Positions 26,434 through 39,499 of a DNA stretch of 64,000 nucleotides are shown in pieces. The DNA is from Eledone cirrhosa (lineage: Eukaryota): the NCBI GenBank assembly GCA_964016885.1, contig OZ024743.1:284146001-284210000 (forward strand), written 5' to 3'. Position numbers and translations under genes: made by a program. The notes below the pieces were generated by a model. The model saw nothing but the letters and a program-made list of their open reading frames with translations, was not told the DNA's origin and did not search any database. Every line of letters starts with the position of its first letter. The stretch's first letter is position 1.

Positions 26434-27773
26434 ATATTGTTATATTTGGGGAGGGTCATATTTGCGTAATATTGCCAGAATTAATAACAGAACACACTCA
26501 CTGTTTGGTTGGTTTTCGCTTCTCGCTGTCTTTTATATCTGCGATCTAACTTACTCGGTCCTCAATGTTGCCATTGACTGACCGATGGTCAAAAATAATA
26601 CAGATACAATATAGACACAAACACATATATATAGTTTACATAATTTACATAAATATTTCGTTGCACATCTGCAACATCGTCAGTGGTGTTATATTCATTG
26701 TTCCTCCTGTTGTGTTGTATGTCTACGCCATTTTTTATTCAGTCTGTCTATATATTTATTTATTTGCTTGTTTGTTTATCTTATTTTATTTTGTCTTCTT
26801 TGCGCATGCGTTTGCGTATAGTGTTATGTGTGATGTGTGACTAGTGTGTATAGTGTTGTGTCTGCTGGGTGACTAGTGTGTGTTTATGTGCTTGTTGTTA
26901 TTGTGCTTGTGTATGTATTTATTTATCTTATTTTATTTTATTTTATTTACTTATTTATACTTCTCTTAGGTCAGTGTTGTTGTTCCACTCATTCTTTCTG
27001 TTTAGCTTTGGTCTTCAAATTTCTATTTCACTGGCCTCTCTGATTTGCCTATCTGCTGGGTCATTCCTATGTTTAGATATTATTCTAATTTCTATGTTGT
27101 CTATGTTACCGTCATGTTGTTGTCTAGCATGTTCGTATAGTACTGACCCGTTTTGTCGTCCTTTTAGTTCCCCCCAGTGTTGGTCTATCCTTTCACCTAT
27201 GCTACGAGCTGTCTCACCTATGTATGTTGTTGTCATGTTTCTGCAAGTACCCTCTGTACATCTTATGCTATAGACTACGTTTCTAGTTTTACAGTTTATC
27301 CGGGGGTTCACCTTACATATGATACATTTCCTATTGGTACAGTGGGTTTTCTTAAAAGGGTAGGTTTTGTTGATCAGGGATTTTATGGTGGTTCCTGGCT
27401 TTTCTACTAAATATATAGACAGACTGAATAAAAAATGGCGTAGACATACAACACAACAGGAGAAACAATGAATATAACACCACTGACGATGTTGCAGATG
27501 TGCAACGAAAGATTTATGTAAATTATGTAAACTATATATATGTGTTTGTGTCTATATTGTATCTGTATTATTTTTGACCGCCATTTTGAGGACCGAGTAA
27601 GTTAGATCGCAGATATAAAAGACAGCGAGAAGCGAAAACCAACCAAACAGTGAGTGTGTTCTGTTATTAATTCTGGCAATATTACGCAAATATGACCCTC
27701 CCCAAATATAACAATATCTGTTTCGACACACGATTTCATATGAAAAACCTCGCTAAACTAATTCATCGCCGCT
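26434..27773 (-). mobile_element. 5'-truncated Penelope-like element with an inverted pseudo-LTR
   Basis: GIY-YIG ORF between inverted arms ~26434-26758 and ~27408-27717; each arm has CTGACGA-t-gttgca/tgcaac-GAAA. Confidence 0.88.
27015..27311 (-). pseudogene. Penelope GIY-YIG endonuclease C-terminal fragment
   Basis: NC...NVVYSIRC...C...YIGET.RSI.ER...H...EH...H...R.IREA. Confidence 0.88.
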
Positions 27774-27802
27774 ATATATATATATATATATATAATATAT
27801 AT

Positions 27803-30297
27803 ATCATCATCATCAACGTTTAACGTCCATGTTCCACGCTTGCATGGGTTTGGACGGGGGTTTTCCCACTTGAGGCAAGAGTGATTGTCTTGCTCGCATA
27901 GGACTGTCTGGCGGGTTTTCTACAGCTGGATGCCCTTCCTAACACCAACCACATTTACAGTGTGGGTCTGGGAGGTTTTTACCGTGTTGCCTACACGGCC
28001 ACATTACAGCGTGGACTGTGTGTTTTTTTGTCGTGACACCTACACGATCTCATTTGTTTCGGCCTGGATAGTGTGGCACCAACATAACTTTACATAGAAG
28101 GGGGCGGTGTGGATGGGACGGGGGTGTATTTTGTTAGAGATGCCTACTGACTGTAGTAGGTTTTACTATGTATTTAGGTAAGGCGGGTTTTCTCTATTAC
28201 TGAGTACCGCCAAAGGTCTCGGTCCAGTGACATTGTCTTGGAGAGGTGTAAGTGTGTGAGGTCGGAGTTTATCAGCTCGTCCCAGGTTTTTCTAGGTCTG
28301 CCTATTCCGTGGCTACCATCTATCTTTATTTCCCTGCACTTTGTTATACAGCTATCGACTTTCATGCGCATCACGTGTCCATACCAACGTAGCCTTCTCT
28401 CGAGTAAACAACATCTGATCCCTCTTATTTCTAATTTTTTCCTTAGTTCGTTTATGCTTTGCCGTTCACGTATATTACTATTACACATCCAGCGGAGCAT
28501 GCAAGCTTCGCTCCTCTCTAGTCTGCGTATATCCTCTGCACACAATGCCCAGGTCTCACAGCCATGCAACATTGCTGTTCGTATGCAGGCATCATACAGC
28601 CTGCCTTTCGTTTTTAGGGAGAACCCTTTAGCGGCTAATAGTGGTATAAGCTCTCTGAACTTTTTCCATCCAGTTCTGACTCTAGCTACTGTACTTTCAG
28701 AGCACCCTCCCCCACTGCTGATTTTGTCACCCAGGTAACGGAAGCTGTCCACTATTTCTATAGAGCCTTCTGCGCAGTTGAAAGAGTTAGTATTTTGTGA
28801 GCACTTGCTGCTACTTATTGCACCAGAGCACCGGCCACATGTGAAATCTATGTTCTTAGTTAGCTTACCTGTGATCCCACTACATCTTTTATGCACCCAT
28901 ACTTTGCATTTCTGACACAAAATGGAGTTTCTACCTACGCCTTTCCTACACACTGAGCATGGCTACTTCCCGGAAGGGACCGCCGCCATTTTCTTTCCTA
29001 CAAACTAGAACTTTGGTCTTAGTCAGATTAATTTTAAGGCCTTTTGATTCTAGGCCGTGCTTCCATGTTTGGAATTTCTTCTCTAGCTCGGCCATTGATT
29101 CAGCTATGAGTGTTAGGTCGTCTGCGTATAAGAGTTCCCATGGGCAGCCGGTCTTGAACTCCTCTGTTATAGCCTGAAGGGCAATAATAAATAGTAGGGG
29201 GCTGAGAACAGAGCCCTGATGGACGCCAACTTTTACGCTAAACTCTTCACTATATTCGTTGTTAATTCTAACCTTGCTGACTGTTTCTTTATACATGGCT
29301 TGTATAGCTCTCACAAGCCATTCGTCGACACCTAGTTTTCTAAGGGCCCACCAGATAATGGAACGGGGGACTCTGTCGAAGGCTTTCTCCAAGTCGACAA
29401 AAGCTAAGTATAGGGGTTTACTTTTAGCTAGGTACTTCTCCTGTAGTTGTCGTACAATGAAAAGAGCGTCTGTGGTACTTTTGCCTGACACAAACCCGAA
29501 CTGCATTTCATCTAGATCAATTCTCTCTCTGATTAGTTGCGCTATTACTTTTTCCGTGACCTTCATGACCTGGTCGATTAATTTAATGCCTCTATAGTTA
29601 CTCCTATCTAGGGCATCTCCTTTACCCTTATAACAGTTAACGATGCTGCTGCTATGCCAGTCCTTCGGAACAACCCCATTCTGTACGACTTGGTTAACTA
29701 TCCGGGTGACCATGGTGTGTCCCACCGTGCCAGATGCCTTCAGCATCTCAGCAACTATTTCCGAAGGCCCAGCCGCCTTACCCCTCTTCATATCCTTGAT
29801 TGCCTTACTTATTATACTACCCTCGACTAACACTGCTGGTCCCTCTATTGGGTCGATGTGGGGGAGACTGTCTTTCTCCCATTTATTCTCCTCATTTAGT
29901 AGCCTTTCATAGTGACACTTCCAAGCTACCTTCTTATCAGCGTCGGTGATGGCAAGTGCGCCGTCATCATTAAGTACACACTTCTCCCCGACAATATCAC
30001 GGTTTTCCTTGACACATTGCCTAGCAATCCTGAACACCTCATGATTTTGGTCCTCGCGTTGTAGAACATGCTTGAACTTTCTTTCCTCTGCTTCCCTTCT
30101 TGCGAAGTACACTTGTCTCCTAGCTTCCCTCCTGGCCACTTGATAGTCTTCTCTACTTCCCCCATCCCGCCATACTTTCCAAGCCTGCTTTTTGGCCTTA
30201 ATTGACCCCTCCACCTTACTGTTCCAGCACCATGTTACTCTCCTCCTGCCTACAGGCCTGCTCCAGCCACAGACTTCGTCTGCCGCCATCAGCAGAT
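27803..30297 (-). mobile_element. RTE family A LINE, longest copy here, one frameshift near 28985
   Basis: ORFs 28946-30289 and 28174-28953. Confidence 0.94.
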
Positions 30298-31036
30298 ATA
30301 ATATATATATAATATAATATATATATATATATATATAATATATATATATAAATATATAATATATATATATAATATATATATATAAATATATAATATATAT
30401 ATATAATATATATATATAAATATATAATATATATATATAATATATATATATAAATATATAATATATATATATAAATATATAATATATATATATAATATAT
30501 ATATATAAATATATAATATATATATATAAATATATAATATATATATATAATATATATATATATAATATATATATATATATATAATATATATATATATATA
30601 ATATATATATATATATAATATATATATATATAATATATAATATATATATATATATATAATATATATATATATATAATATATATATATATAATATATAATA
30701 TATATATATATATATATAATATATATATATATAATATATAATATATATATATAATATATATATTATATAATATATATATATGTAATATATTATATAATAT
30801 ATATATAATATATATATGTAATATATTATATAATATATATATATATATATATATAATATTATATAATATATATATAATATAATATATATATAATATATAG
30901 ATATATATATAATATAATATATATTTATATATAGATATATATATAATATAATATATATTTATATATATATATAATATAATATATATTTTTATATATATAT
31001 ATATAATATAATATATATTTATATATATATTTATAT

Positions 31037-31371
31037 GGAGGCACATGGCTTAGTTGTTAGAGCATTGGCCTTGCAATCGAAAGGTTGTGAGTTCAATTCT
31101 CAGACCGGGTGATGTGTTGTTTCCTTGAGCAAGACACTTTATTTCACATTGCTCCAGTTTACTCAGCTGTAGAAATGAGATGATAGGGACTGGGATCCCT
31201 ATCCTTCCACTGCAAAGTGGTCATGGAGGTGCCACGGCAAAAAAGCACCCAGCACTCACTGTAAATGAGGTTGGTGTTAGGAAGGGCATCCAGCTGTAGA
31301 AATCAAGCCAGAATCAGTTCCCGTCCCACCCTTGCAAGCAGGGAAAAGCGGACGTAAAATGATGATGATGA

Positions 31372-31375
<4 letters not shown>
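31037..31375 (+). mobile_element. tRNA-derived SINE, full length
   Basis: same family as 8625-8965. Confidence 0.88.
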
Positions 31376-31414
<39 letters not shown>

Positions 31415-31454
31415 CGAAACCTAAGTCAATTGCATGAACTCATAATCCTTTATT

Positions 31455-31512
31455 TACTGCTATATATATTTCGATGATAGCCATTGAATGGCTATGACCT
31501 CATCAGTTCTTA
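31455..31512 (-). ncRNA. Degenerate hammerhead-like motif
   Basis: CTGATGA-ggtc-atagccat/atggctat-catc-GAAA-tatatata; stem I is not convincingly paired. Confidence 0.35.
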
Positions 31513-31609
31513 GATATGCCAGCTCTGTGTGTATAGTGTTGATGGTATCAGAGCCTTTGGACATATATATATATATATATATATATGTATATGTCCAAAG
31601 GCTTTGGAC

Positions 31610-31644
<35 letters not shown>

Positions 31645-31966
31645 CACACATATATGAGAAACTGTGGAAAGAGGAAGACATGGGGAGAAATTGGTAAAGG
31701 CTGATCTCAAAATGCTAAAGCCCACGAAGATGACAAGTGACCACAACAAGTGGTAAGATGTGCTAGAGAATATTCGTCCATGCAAGCATGGAAAAAATGG
31801 GCATTATATATATATTAACTCTGATTATGCATTTCGTTTCCCTTTTCTACCCGCCGAAATGCGATTCTCGATGAATTTATATTTATATATATATATATAC
31901 AGACACGTATGTATGTATGTATGTATGTATGTATGTATACACACATACATATACATACAGACACAT

Positions 31967-32009
<43 letters not shown>

Positions 32010-32870
32010 AAGCATAGAAATGTGAACTACATACAAACATAGACTAAGTAATTCTATTTAATGGTGACAGGTGATGTTTTTCTTTGCTAACATGACAAGG
32101 ATAACATTTGAAACCGTGACAAAGTATAGATATAAAAAATCTACAAAAAAAAAAAAAAGAAAAAAAGAAAATGCGCTTAACTAATAATTAATAAAGAACA
32201 AGAAAAAGTGAAGAAAAACTACAGCAGACGCAAAACTAAGAGCAGAGAAGTATTTAAAAAATTTTTACTCAAAATAGCAGAGTTGTATGTAATAAAGAAT
32301 TAATTTGAAGGATAAACTAAATGTTTAGGCTACTGATAAAATATTAAAAAGAAACTCATTAATTTTAATGAAAGAATAATCAAAACGTATTTAAATTAGT
32401 ATATTTTAAATAATTTCATAAAAATCTTTTGGGGTGCATTTGAATAAATTTAAAGCAAAAAAACATTTTCTTTGCATTTTATCTCTGCTACAATATTTGA
32501 CATTGGTTGTTGTTATTGACGTTGTGTATGTGCACGTGAGATGGATAATCATAATGTCCAGACCAACCCCTGTTGACAATCAATAACAACAATGTCAAAA
32601 AAAACAACAAAAAAAAACAATAAAACACTACCCCACCCTCCCATTCAAACTAATTTTATCAAAATGTACAGACAAATGCATACATTTTTCATTCTAAGAT
32701 GACTACAATATACATAAACACACACACATATATATATATATATACACACACACATATATATATATATATGTATATAATATGAATAAATAAGTAAAAGTGT
32801 GAGCATAACAGTAATGTAGTGCCATGTCAATTGGTGAAATGATTAGTAGTAACAGGTTTGTTGTACTCAC

Positions 32871-32918
32871 AGCTCCTGAAGATAGTGTTGGCTGTGACGG
32901 GTCGTCATTGTCAATTCT
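32871..32918 (-). CDS. Cav1: Candidate 48-nt cassette exon for the Cav1 IVS3-S4 linker (RIDNDDPSQPTLSSGA)
   Basis: TACTAAT branch-like motif and tgcttcatttag acceptor; GCT|gtgagt donor; phase 0/0; no stop; hydrophilic peptide. Confidence 0.65.
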
Positions 32919-33130
32919 CTAAATGAAGCAACATTAGTAGGAAGGGTTAAAATAGCCAAGACAAACCACACAGATTATTCTACCACTAGAAGAAACATAG
33001 GCACACAGAAAAGAAAAGCCACAACAAATGCATATATATATAACGAAGGAAGTGTGGTAAGGAACCAGGTGGACCATAACGCACCAGAGTACTCCATACT
33101 TTGGCTAGTAGAGTGGGAAATAGGAAAAGG

Positions 33131-33227
33131 TTTAGGACCTCGACAGCAGAGCTCAAGCCGTTTTGACGGCTATTTCAGTCCAGAAATAGCAGTCAAACGG
33201 CTTGAGCTCTGCCGTCGGGGTCCTGAA
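33131..33227. repeat. GC-rich hairpin with ~45-bp arms inside a (TA)n-bounded insert (33043-33235)
   Basis: aggacctcgacagcagagctcaagccgtt...aacggcttgagctctgccgtcggggtcct. Confidence 0.85.
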
Positions 33228-34629
33228 TCTTTTCCTATATATATATATATATATATGTAAACACACACACACATACAGTAAAAAAATATAAGCAAAGGAA
33301 AGTATTCACATGTGGCAAACAACAAAAAAAGCTTTTGCTGTTTAAGCATGATGTAAGTTGATGTGGATTTTGCAGAATAGTGTATGGAATATTTTAAAGG
33401 TTTAATTGAAATACCATAAATACTCGACTTTAAGCTGAATCCTTTTTTTACCTGTTCCCATGAGCAATATTGATATTCTATCAACAATTGAAGTATTCAA
33501 TTACCGGTTACATTTCCTGTTTTCATCTGATTTATGTTCTAACTGTATTAGAATCTAAGCACATATTCCAAAATACAAAATGAATGCTAGTAAAAGTTTT
33601 TATTGATGACACATGGATAGCAACAATTTGCAACTTTAATAAACTACATGTACTCTCAATATTGAAAACCAATGGGTTTACTCTTTAGAGAGAAAAATGG
33701 AAACTGATTATCTGAGTATCATATTTTTTGGTAGATGTGACATATAAAAAAAAATAGCGAATCAAGGTCAATTGTTTTTGATATCTGTAGCTAAAATGAT
33801 GCCCAGAAATATTACAACTAAACTCAGTGAGAGGCTCTTACATTAATTTTTACATTAAATAAATGTTATTAACTGGGTTCTTTAAAGTTTACTACCATTA
33901 CTAATAAACAATTACTGCACTTGTTTGTGCATTTGCAACATATTGTTTAGTGACATTTTAGTTAAGTTGGTTAATAATGTAAAAGAGGAAAATAGGCAGT
34001 GTGTATTTTGTGGTAAACAATATATAATGACACTAATGAAAATCATTTACATATTTAATTAACCACAGGGATTTAAGATTTGGCAAACAAAAATAAAATT
34101 CAACATAATAAATATTTCAGTTATAGAATTAAAATAAGTATGAGATTGTTCACAAGACAAAAATGTCCAATAGAAATTAATAGAAGTGTTGGTTATTATG
34201 TTTGTGTATTGCATGTTAATTTGTTTGTGTCTGTGTATTTGTTCACATAAATTTCAATATAAACATATTAAAGAAGGAGTGTATATGAGAGGGTCTAAGT
34301 TTAATCCGGTCCTTTGGCATTTGAAAGGACTGGCAATTTCTTTAATGAAATTGGCTATTTTTTTAAATTTTATTTTACTGTATTTATTTGAACTTAGCTC
34401 ACTTATGATGATTTTCATTCAGGTTAATGCTTAATTGGTAACATATCATAACTCCAAGCCAATACAATCCTATCTCTTCCACACATTGCTTAATGTAGTT
34501 CTCAACTATGTCTGTGTGACCAAACAAAACTCTATTGAACATTCCTGTTCAATACACTATGCATCAGCTTGTCACAGTGTATACATTGTTACATAAATTT
34601 TGTGTCTGTTTTTGTTATTATAAAAACAT

Positions 34630-35838
34630 TAAAGCCAAAATGCCTAAACTTCAAGATAAAAGCAGTAACATATACAACTGAGCACAAGAACAACAGCAAA
34701 ACTGCCCTTGAATTTACTATGGCAGAAAAGCAAGCTAGAAATTGGAAGAAATTAGCTGTTCAAATAGCAGAATTGCCAAAAATAAAGAAGGCCTGCTGTG
34801 AACTCATCATACCTTATGAAGCTCATGAACATGTACAGTGTGACTAGATTTTAGAACACAGACAGAATGGTATTGTTATAATCCAAAGTACCATTTAATT
34901 TCAAGCCCAGCAAAACTTCAAATTACTTGAATTTTAAAGTTTTTGCTGTATGGTGCACAATGAATTGTTATGACCTGTCTGTATCAGAGCACACCAAAAT
35001 CAGTCAGATACTTCCAGTACAACCAGATTACAAAATCATCCAGTTCCATTCCAATGTGATAAGATTGAAAAAGATAAATGACTATGATCTCTCTAGTATT
35101 TGAGACTCCTGTATGTTTGATGTTCCTGGTAATAAACTGGTACATCTCACTGTTGGCAAAACTGTTGAAATTATAACAATGGGAAATGGAAGGAATCATT
35201 TCACAGCGATTTTGTGTGTATGTATGTATGGAACTAAATTAAAACCAATGCTGATCTTTAAGAGAAACACTGTACCAAAGAACCATTTCCAAGTGGAGTT
35301 GTCATTCATATCAACAATGAGGGATGGATGGGTAAAATGCTATGTATGTGTGGCTTCCGAAAGTGCAGGCCTTTTGTTTTGGGTGACTAAGAACACAATG
35401 CAGCACGTTGGTGGGGGGATGCTTTCAGTGTAGACTCCATAGATGTTAAGAACTGCATACAACATGGTTACAACACTGATTTAGTTGTGATTCCTAAGGG
35501 AATGGGGAGTTGACTTCAATATTTCTTTCAACAAGCTGTTAAAAAATCATCTCTGAAAGCAATTGACAATGTAGCTTGTTAGCAGAGAAGCTATAGTAAT
35601 CAATGCAAATAACATGAAGAAGCCCACTCTGGGGGTAGTTGCAGAATGGGTAGTGGTTGCTTGGAACAAAATCAATAGTGATATGATAAATAGCAGTTTT
35701 CTGAGGTGTGGGATAAGCAATACCACAGATGAAACAGAAGATGATATTCTGTGGAAAGAGTCTGAAAACCAAGCACCAAAAAACTTAGAAGAAGACAAAA
35801 AAGAGAAAGATCTTCAGATGATAGATGAACAGGACTAG
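34630..35838 (+). mobile_element. Old decayed pogo-family transposase remnant
   Basis: FKIKAV...ARNWKK; FDVPGN; KLKPMLIFKR; EWVVVAW...SFLRCGISN..D.TEDD; colinear with the 47-48 kb transposase. Confidence 0.8.
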
Positions 35839-35940
35839 TAATTGTTTTAAGAGCCTGAAAAATACTTCTATGGTATCAACTCCTTTCATAGAATAGAATT
35901 GTTTAATGAACTACTTAATCTGTTATTATTGTTTTTAAAT

Positions 35941-36118
35941 CATCATCATCATTTTTACGTCCAGTTTTTCCACACTTTCATGGGTTGGATGGGTCCTTCT
36001 CAACATCCCTCCACTCGCTGCATTCCTTCATCATCTCTTCTGTGATTCATAGTGATTTGAGATCAACTCTCACCACCTCAGCCTAGGTCTTTCTTGGTCT
36101 ACCTCTACTGTGGCTTCC
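35941..36118 (-). mobile_element. Decayed RTE-like 3' end
   Basis: RGRPRKT motif and (GAT)n-type terminus. Confidence 0.6.
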
Positions 36119-37621
36119 AAATAAAATTTGGCAGTGAATCATAGCTTGTGATTTTGAGCTAGACTTAAATATAAGTAATCTGATTATTTGGATATAGTCG
36201 CAAATTTGTATATTGTCTTATATTGAAGTATTTATAGAGGATGTTTGTTATTGTCATCATTTCTTCACTAGATAGCATTTTAAGCATTAGCTTTTAAATG
36301 ATATAATGTCTTGATATTATTATGGACATCATTGAAATATTTGGTTTGTGTTTGTTGATATATGAAAAATAGCTGGTTGCAGTTATATGCTTGAAAGCAA
36401 TGTCAGTGTGAATGTTATAGAAGGAAAGGAATGTTGTATTGTTGTTAGGTAAGTGTTAGTGAAATGTTCCATTTGAATTTATTTCACTTTTAGTAGAGAG
36501 GATGTCTTCAATTAATACAAGATGAAACAAACAAGGAAATAATTTTCTTGAAACTACTGCCCAATCTGTTGACAAAAGTTGTAGTGATGATGGTGGTGGT
36601 GGTGGAGTGGTAATCAGGAATATTATGTTAAAGATATTGATGGGTGGCCATAAAATCACACAGAGAGGTTCAACCAACTGATAACATGAAATGAGTTTAT
36701 ATATTGACTTGGTAAGGTCACCTGGATTGAGAGTTGCCAATAAAATTATACAGACCTGACCATCAAAATAAAACACACTTTGGTCTTATTGGACATGCTG
36801 GTTTCAGCGAAGTAGTCATACCTTTGTTGCTATCTCAAAATCATTTGTTAACAGTATTATTTAGCCTTAAAGCTTGTGTTTTTGGCATTCATGAGACTAG
36901 ATTGTTGAATTATTGTTGAGGTTATTGGTGATTGTGCTAATGATGGTGAAAGTGGCCTTACTATGTTTGTTTTAGTACCACTGATATATGATCATGCTAT
37001 TACTATTAGTAATTAAATCTCTAAATATCACAGAAGGTTGTTGTTTAGATTATGATTTTGGAATATTAACCTCATCTTTAGGAATTTAAAAATATTTAAT
37101 ACTTACATCTAACTGTATACATGTAAATATTGTAAAAATGTGTTCATCCCTGAAAATGAGGTTAACAGTCCAATAAAATATAATTTTATCAATAGTGCCA
37201 TCAGTGTGCTTTTTGTAGCTGATGATATTACTGTTGGTACTCTTAGATTTAGTGCTGCTGCTGGAAATGCAATTCCAGTTATTGACAGGTCTTGGTACTG
37301 TAAGAATCTTTCTGCTCAGTGTTTGTTTTGATGTTAGTGATACTGTCGATGTTACTATCATTGTTGAAGTTGAGGTCATTCAGAATAAGAAACCAAGAAA
37401 GCATGTTGATTCTGTGAAGGACATTGTCCTGTGAAGGACATTTCTGTGAAGGACATTCTGGACTATTGCTCTTAACTATGGTCACCGCATAATGTTAAAT
37501 TAACTGTGGAACTTGAAGCAATCCAATGATGCTATACAAAGAAGTTTGTTTCAATAAAACAGACGAGCTACTGGGAGAGGCAGAAAGAATAGAGACTATA
37601 ATCCCTGGAGCAAAGATTATA

Positions 37622-37636
<15 letters not shown>

Positions 37637-37667
<31 letters not shown>

Positions 37668-38110
37668 AAATTATTGTGCACAGTGCTCAGATGCACTACA
37701 ACTCATCAAAAGTGCATGTATAGTACATATAATAATGTACAAATGTCTGGAAAGTGAACAGTATATGAGTCAAGATACACACACAAACATACACACACAT
37801 GCATGCGTGTGTATGGAGGAGGAATATCAGGTGTAGTGTTGGCAAAGTTCAGGAAGCATAGAGGTTTTGAAGGATGCAATGTCCCGACAGCTAACAACTG
37901 ATGCAGGTAGTTTGTTCCATACTTCAGCAACTCTGAGAATGAAAAAATGTTTCCGAAAGTCATGGGAGCTGTACTGTTTTCTGATTTTGTAAGCATGTCT
38001 GCGGGTGTTAGACATGGAATTCAAAAAGGTGCTCTGGGTTGTTGTTGGCAAGATGGTTAATAGTTTTGTGGATGTTTACCAAGTCAGTTGCCAGAGGTCA
38101 GAGCTTCATA
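37637..38110 (-). mobile_element. CR1-type LINE 3' end with (ATT)n tail
   Basis: TRRHAYKI...RKHFF..RV...WNKLP..VV...SFK. Confidence 0.8.
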
Positions 38111-38299
38111 TATGAAAGTGAAAAGTGGGTATGTTTAGGAAGCAGTATGATGCAGATGGCTTTGAATTACTAAGGCAAGAAGCTGGAAGATAATTGAGAG
38201 AGGTGAGGTAAAGGCAAAATGTGGGAGAAGGAGGAAAATAAAAGGACAAGAATGACTTGATAATGGAAGGTAAATCTGAAAAATTTTGGGACTAATAAA

Positions 38300-38534
38300 T
38301 TACTAAAGTAACAATTGGTCATTCTTGTCTCCCCTCTCCAACACTGATGTTGTGTAAAAGAAAGTCAAAGGCCGATACAGTTTGACACACTCATTTTTCT
38401 CAGTTGAGTAAATAGGAGCGATATGAAATAAAGTGTCTTGCTCAAGGACACAACACAGCACCCGGTCCGGGAATCGACCTCCCAACCTCACAATTATAAG
38501 CCCAGTTCTCTAACCACTAAGCCACACACCTTCA
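38300..38534 (-). mobile_element. Older tRNA-derived CORE-like SINE
   Basis: tggcttagtggttagag head; gtccttgagcaagacactt centre. Confidence 0.75.
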
Positions 38535-38556
38535 TGGATATATATATATATATATT

Positions 38557-38597
38557 GTCTCGTCTGATGAGCCTGTGAAACTCCAGAGTAACAAGAC
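38557..38597 (+). ncRNA. Minimal type-I hammerhead ribozyme
   Basis: gtctcgt-CTGATGA-g(cctg)t-GAAA-ctc(ca)gag-TA-acaagac; GUA triplet ending at 38590. Confidence 0.68.
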
Positions 38598-39373
38598 TCA
38601 TCACTAAACCATAATAAAGAATATATATATAATGTATGTCCACGTTACTTGAATGTGTGTATTATGTTTCTTTTGAAATATAATCTATTCATTGTCTTCA
38701 AACTGTTCATGCTTTTCCTTTATATGTCTAAATTTTTGATAAAAATGTTTGAATAATTCTGATTTCAAATATTTATTATTAAAGTCTTATTATACAGTTG
38801 TAGCAATTAATCACCACTAAGAAAATATGATGGAAGATAAAGTCAACCATTATTTGATAATCTTTGAAACAATTAAAAATATTAATAAAACAAAAAAATA
38901 TTTCAAAATAAGAATATTATTTTAATGAATTAGTTTGAGTTGAAGGTCATTGAAGAAATTAAGTGTTAGATATATTCCCACAGCTAATTCCATTTAATTT
39001 CTCCCAGAGAGAGAAAATAGTCAAGTGTGAAATGTTCTCTACTTTAGATTGAAAAACTGATGCATTTAATTTGGAAACTATCAAGCTAAAAAAACTCAAT
39101 AGCCTTTGTAGGTTTTACAGTGCTTACAAAATTCAAATGAAATAGTGGAACTAATTGTCTTAAATTTCTTTACACTGATTACATCTTGCTATTACAGAAG
39201 GCAACAGCATTATCATCATCAGCAGCATTACCACTAACAACAACAGAACAGTCGCAGCCAAATAGCAGAAGTATGCGAATATAGTTACAACTATCTCTAA
39301 AAGCAATAGTAACAGCAATAACAGCACACAATGCTTAGCAGTATATATATATACACACACACACACATATATA

Positions 39374-39408
<35 letters not shown>

Positions 39409-39487
39409 AGCACAATAAAACAGCAAAATACACATTAAGTCAATGGAAGCAATAACCCAGTGGATTTATTTGAAACAGAAAACAAAC

Positions 39488-39499
39488 CTCTGAGTTTCG
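39488..39499 (-). CDS. Candidate 12-nt microexon (RNSE) for the Cav1 IVS3-S4 linker
   Basis: long pyrimidine tract ending tttgctctcag; GAG|gtttgt donor; phase 0/0. Confidence 0.4.

Noticed and set aside
26565-26840. Repeated ORF MLPLTDR... (also 56918 and 57125)
   Set aside because: Lies in Penelope pLTR arms; low complexity; no domain
36456-37490. Possible decayed retroelement ORF
   Set aside because: Only vague motifs (KPACPIRP); cannot be assigned without a search
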